Source: Patescibacteria group bacterium | GTDB lineage: Bacteria; Patescibacteriota; Minisyncoccia; Minisyncoccales; CAZWNE01 | Direction of reading: 5' to 3' | Assembly: GCA_038078735.1 (NCBI GenBank) | Contig: JBBTTI010000029.1 | Span: forward strand, 1 to 59,911 | DNA length: 59,911 nucleotides | Shown: positions 56,326 through 59,911 of the stretch, in pieces | How the letters are laid out: the number at the start of each line of letters is the position of its first letter | Numbering within the stretch: the stretch's first letter is position 1 | Notes under the pieces: model-generated | Database searches by the model: none | The model's input: only the letters and a program-made list of their open reading frames with translations | Told to the model about the DNA's origin: nothing | Position numbers and translations under genes: made by a program

Positions 56326-58941
56326 TTATTGTTTAAGAATATCTCCCAGTCGCCTTATTGCCTCGAGCGCTTCTTCATATGCGGCCGCCGCTCTTCGTAT
56401 CCGTTCCTCGTCATATTTGACAGTGTTTCCTTGTGGTTTCTCCGCTACTCCTATGCCAAAAATCTTTGACAACCCCTCTTCTAACGTCTCTTCCATGGCA
56501 ATTTTATTTTCATAGGCCACAACCACTCGTTTTAATTCGGGAATTTTTCCGGTTTCGGCTTTGAGGTAGAGCGGACGCACATACAAGAGCGATTCCTCAA
56601 TTGGAATAACTAAAAGCGGACCTTGAATTACTTGCGACCCGCCTTGGCTCCACAGCGAGATTTGCTGACTAATTTCTGGATGCTGATTAATTCTGCCTAT
56701 AATTTGTTTGGGTCCGAATACAAGCTTGTCTTTAGGGAAACGATAGACCAGCAGCTTGCCGTAGCTTTCTCCATCGTTACGGGCAACCATCCAAGCGGAC
56801 AGGTTGTCTTTTGCGCGGGGAGTAAAGGGCAGCATCAAAACATATTCCTCCTTTTTCATTTCCGGTAACTTCATAATAATATGCCGAGGCGACATCGCTC
56901 CTTCTGACGCAATGGTTGGGATTTCCCACTGGTCTTCTTTATTGTAAAAAATCTGCGGATCATCCATATGGTAGACCGAGTACACAACAGTCTGCAGGGT
57001 AAAGATATCTTCGGGATAGCGCAAATGAGAGACAAGGCTTTCTGGAATCTCTGACATCGGCCGGAATGTTCCGGGGAAAATCGTGGCGTATGTTTTTAAA
57101 ATTGGGTCATCTGCGTCCGCCTGATAGAAAACGACACTGCCATTGTAGGCATCAACCACCACTTTTACCGAGTTTCTCATATAATTGACGTTCTTGCCGT
57201 TCAATCGCAATGGTTGAGAGTAAGGATAGCGGTCGCTTGTGGTATAGGCATCGGCAATCCAGTAAATTTTGCCGTCGGTAATAACGATATAAGGGTCTCG
57301 GTCAAAGGTCAAAAACGGCGCGATTTTGGCGATTCTTTCGGCAATAGCGCGGTAGTACAGAATACGGCTCTCGCTGGTTATGTCGTTGGACAAAAGCAGT
57401 TTAAGCGATTTAAATTTTACTGCGTAAAAGACACGCTTGAGAAACGAGTTCATCTCCACTCCGCCCGTGCCTTCATATGTTGCGTAGACGTTTTCTTCGC
57501 CCTTTGGATAGTTGAACTCAAGAGATTTAGTTTTTGCGATGACATAGTCGTTTGAAAGCTCGCCGAAATAGATTTCTGGGCGCGAAATTTCAAGCTCTTT
57601 CACATCCGATTTGGGCGGCAAATCCTTCACAAACAAGACCGGCAATCCTTCTGGGGTAACTTGATTCACCGGCCCGGCCGCTACGCCATAGCCATGCGTA
57701 AACGTCAGCCGCTCATTAATCCAGTTTCTATTCGGCAGGCTGGCCGATGCCAACTCCTGCGGGGAGAGCATAATCTGGCGAATTTCTCCGTCTATGATGT
57801 AGCGATCATTATCAACTTCGGCAAACTCGTAATAGGTTCGGATTTCTTGTATCTGAGAAAAAGTTGATAAAAGCGGTTTTCTATCCCAAAGCCGGACATT
57901 TTTAACCGTAAGATTATTGTTCGCAATATCAGCCGCGGTGATAGGCTTGTCTCCCAAGATTTCTCGTTCCTCAATTTTATCAAGCGCAAACGCCTGACGG
58001 GTAGCGGCGATATTATGCTTAATAAACGGCGTTTCCTTCACAAGCTCATTCGGAGCAACTACCAGTTTTTGGATAAGAAACGGAACCACCGCTCCGGCGA
58101 ATCCCATGACAACATACAAAGAAACTGCTCCGATGAGCGGCGACAGCTTTCCTTTCCATGCCCAAAAGATGGCTGAAACTGCCGCAAGCAGAGCAGTAAC
58201 TATTGAAATCCAAAGCATGAATATTCTCACGGTTGCGTCTGTGTATGTCGCGCCAAATACTAAACCGCTCTGACTTGTGAGTAATGTAAAACGAGAAAGG
58301 TAAATCCCTGCGGCAATGGTCGCCAGAAATATTGCGAGTAAAATACCGAGATGAATTCTTACTGATCGTTCCACTTGCATTTGTTTTAGTAACCGCAAAC
58401 TTGCCAGATGAAGACTGCCTCGTAAAAAATACAGGACAGCACAGCCGAGGAGCGTCAAGATAATAAGTGTTTTCACAAGACCAAGACCAGCTTGCAAAAC
58501 GGGAAGGGAGAAGATATAAAATCCGATGTCTTTATTGAATATTGGGTCTGTCGCGCCAAAAGCAGCGCCTGAAATAAATTTTAAGACATCTTGCCAATTG
58601 GTCGCTGCCACAAGTCCGAAGAAGAACGCGATTACCAAACTCGCAACAATGGTTAATTTTTTAATCAGGAGATTGTCCACATTTATCGGCCACCCTGAGC
58701 TTGTCGAATGGGTTGAGCGGATCGCTAACGAAAAATTGACGAGCAAAAAAACAGCGGCAAAAATTCCAACGGCTGAAAACAGCGTTATTTTAGCAATCAA
58801 AGACGTAATAAAGATTTGAGTGTAGCCAACTTCGGAAAACCACCACCAATCAGTAACAAAAGCGACAATACTTGAAAAAAGGATAAAAACAACAAAAAAC
58901 CCGATAAAGGAAATCCGTGTAAGATGTTTTGGAATAGTCAT
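56326..58941 (-). CDS. UPF0182-family large membrane protein
   Basis: Seven or so N-terminal TM segments, then a large soluble region with VRLWDRKPLLSTFSQIQEIRTYYEFAEVDNDRY, as remembered for UPF0182. Confidence 0.75.
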   Translation of the reverse strand: MTIPKHLTRISFIGFFVVFILFSSIVAFVTDWWWFSEVGYTQIFITSLIAKITLFSAVGIFAAVFLLVNFSLAIRSTHSTSSGWPINVDNLLIKKLTIVASLVIAFFFGLVAATNWQDVLKFISGAAFGATDPIFNKDIGFYIFSLPVLQAGLGLVKTLIILTLLGCAVLYFLRGSLHLASLRLLKQMQVERSVRIHLGILLAIFLATIAAGIYLSRFTLLTSQSGLVFGATYTDATVRIFMLWISIVTALLAAVSAIFWAWKGKLSPLIGAVSLYVVMGFAGAVVPFLIQKLVVAPNELVKETPFIKHNIAATRQAFALDKIEEREILGDKPITAADIANNNLTVKNVRLWDRKPLLSTFSQIQEIRTYYEFAEVDNDRYIIDGEIRQIMLSPQELASASLPNRNWINERLTFTHGYGVAAGPVNQVTPEGLPVLFVKDLPPKSDVKELEISRPEIYFGELSNDYVIAKTKSLEFNYPKGEENVYATYEGTGGVEMNSFLKRVFYAVKFKSLKLLLSNDITSESRILYYRAIAERIAKIAPFLTFDRDPYIVITDGKIYWIADAYTTSDRYPYSQPLRLNGKNVNYMRNSVKVVVDAYNGSVVFYQADADDPILKTYATIFPGTFRPMSEIPESLVSHLRYPEDIFTLQTVVYSVYHMDDPQIFYNKEDQWEIPTIASEGAMSPRHIIMKLPEMKKEEYVLMLPFTPRAKDNLSAWMVARNDGESYGKLLVYRFPKDKLVFGPKQIIGRINQHPEISQQISLWSQGGSQVIQGPLLVIPIEESLLYVRPLYLKAETGKIPELKRVVVAYENKIAMEETLEEGLSKIFGIGVAEKPQGNTVKYDEERIRRAAAAYEEALEAIRRLGDILKQ

Positions 58942-58994
58942 AATGTTAGCAATTATAGCAAGTATGTCTTTGATATATCAAAAAATAGCCCTCT

Positions 58995-59911
58995 TTATTT
59001 ACAAACAACATAGTGCAAATATTCAACTGTTTTATTCGCGCTGTAATCCCTGTTTTCGTCTCTATCGGCTTTAAACCTGTTGTATTCTTTTGTGAAATAT
59101 CCGTATTTGCCACGCAAACTCATTATTTCTTTAATATCATCCAGCGTCATCAACCCCTCGTTATTGTAGCTCAAGAAGATATATTTCATTTTTGCGTTTA
59201 GAATCAAATCTCTGAATGCCTTTTTTGCTTTTGGTCTGGAACAGTAAAGAGATTTTTGGCTTTCATACTCTCTTAGCCCTGTTTTGCCGTGAATTTTCGG
59301 ATTATCGTATTTAGCGACTGTTTCTAATAAATGATAGTTTGTTGCGTATTGTCGGTGATTATAGGGCGGGTCAAGGTATAAAATATCTCCCTCAAGCTTA
59401 CCCGTAAGTTCATTGATGTCTTGGTTGAAAACTTGGTGCACTTGGTCGTTGATAATCAACTCCGCAGGTTTTAATACGAACGACTTTTGTGCCGTCTTTT
59501 TTAATTGCTTCAAAAACGCGCCATACATCGAAGCGGTGTTTGCATATTTATCAATTGATTCGATAAGTGTGGCTAAAAGAAAATAATACTCGTTGATATT
59601 GATCAACTTTTCATTTTTCCACTCCTCAATTATTGATCTTATTGCGTCGCATTTCTTTCCGTTTTCATCTGAAAAATATTGCCGCTGAAACTCCTGCTTC
59701 TTTGTACCGCCTAAACAATAATTTTTGAATATAAAACCCTTTGCCCCTTTTAGATTTGATAGGTAATCGCAAACAAAATTTTTCCTCTTGTTGATTTCAA
59801 TATTTTTCAGGTTTGGCAAAACTTTTACTAATTTCTGAAACTTCAACTGCTCATGATTTTCAATGTACTGCTTGTTGAGAACGAAACTATAATACTGAAT
59901 ATCATTGGCGA
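58995..59911 (-). CDS. D12-class N6-adenine DNA methyltransferase (Dam-like); N-terminus beyond the window
   Basis: ILYLDPPY catalytic motif. The frame stays open upstream of the TTG at 59846 to the window edge (ANDIQYYSFVLNKQYIENHEQ...), so the gene is truncated by the edge. Confidence 0.8.
   Translation of the reverse strand, partial: ANDIQYYSFVLNKQYIENHEQLKFQKLVKVLPNLKNIEINKRKNFVCDYLSNLKGAKGFIFKNYCLGGTKKQEFQRQYFSDENGKKCDAIRSIIEEWKNEKLININEYYFLLATLIESIDKYANTASMYGAFLKQLKKTAQKSFVLKPAELIINDQVHQVFNQDINELTGKLEGDILYLDPPYNHRQYATNYHLLETVAKYDNPKIHGKTGLREYESQKSLYCSRPKAKKAFRDLILNAKMKYIFLSYNNEGLMTLDDIKEIMSLRGKYGYFTKEYNRFKADRDENRDYSANKTVEYLHYVVCK

Noticed and set aside
58965-58978. 14-bp AT palindrome tttgatatatcaaa downstream of the methylase gene
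   Set aside because: It is short, AT-only and expected by chance in AT-rich DNA. There is no adjacent T-run or second copy.

Overview
AT-rich, very gene-dense bacterial segment. The gene content suggests a Candidate Phyla Radiation (Patescibacteria/Parcubacteria-like) chromosome; this is inferred from content only, with no marker phylogeny. Long ORFs and TGA/TAA/TAG stops fit the standard code 11. From about 44.4 kb down to position 1 nearly every gene is on the minus strand, in this order (transcription runs high to low coordinate): a complete type IV pilus (T4P) set (pilM-N-O, pilB, response regulator, pilT, pilC, two major pilins, pilD, four minor pilins); NAD-dependent ligase; two giant lamin-tail-domain surface proteins (1893 aa and about 1316 aa); a 1457-aa S-layer-like protein; an HExxH protease; an ECF sigma/anti-sigma pair; and a GDP-sugar cluster (gmd partial at the left edge). 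The T4P block is interrupted by three toxin-antitoxin-type modules (HEPN/MNT, VapBC, a fused MNT-HEPN) and two paralogous N-terminally conserved secreted proteins. The right third (44.4-59.9 kb) is housekeeping: comF, recG, valS, hsp20, prsW, four tRNAs, hpf, a UPF0182 membrane protein, an ATP-grasp enzyme, and a Dam-like methylase cut by the right edge. The most unusual content is a layer of structured DNA. Four divergent REP-associated tyrosine transposase (RAYT, IS200-like Y1) genes lie within 20 kb, each with its own hairpin family, and two of them carry an in-frame copy of their own hairpin at the same codon positions. Several other covarying hairpin families are present, as are palindromes embedded in frame in pilD, valS, recG and comF. 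Other points: tRNA genes abut start codons, -10 hexamers sit 6-9 nt from ATGs, and DnaA-box-like 10-mers lie next to -35 elements. No CRISPR array, rRNA or prophage structural module was seen.
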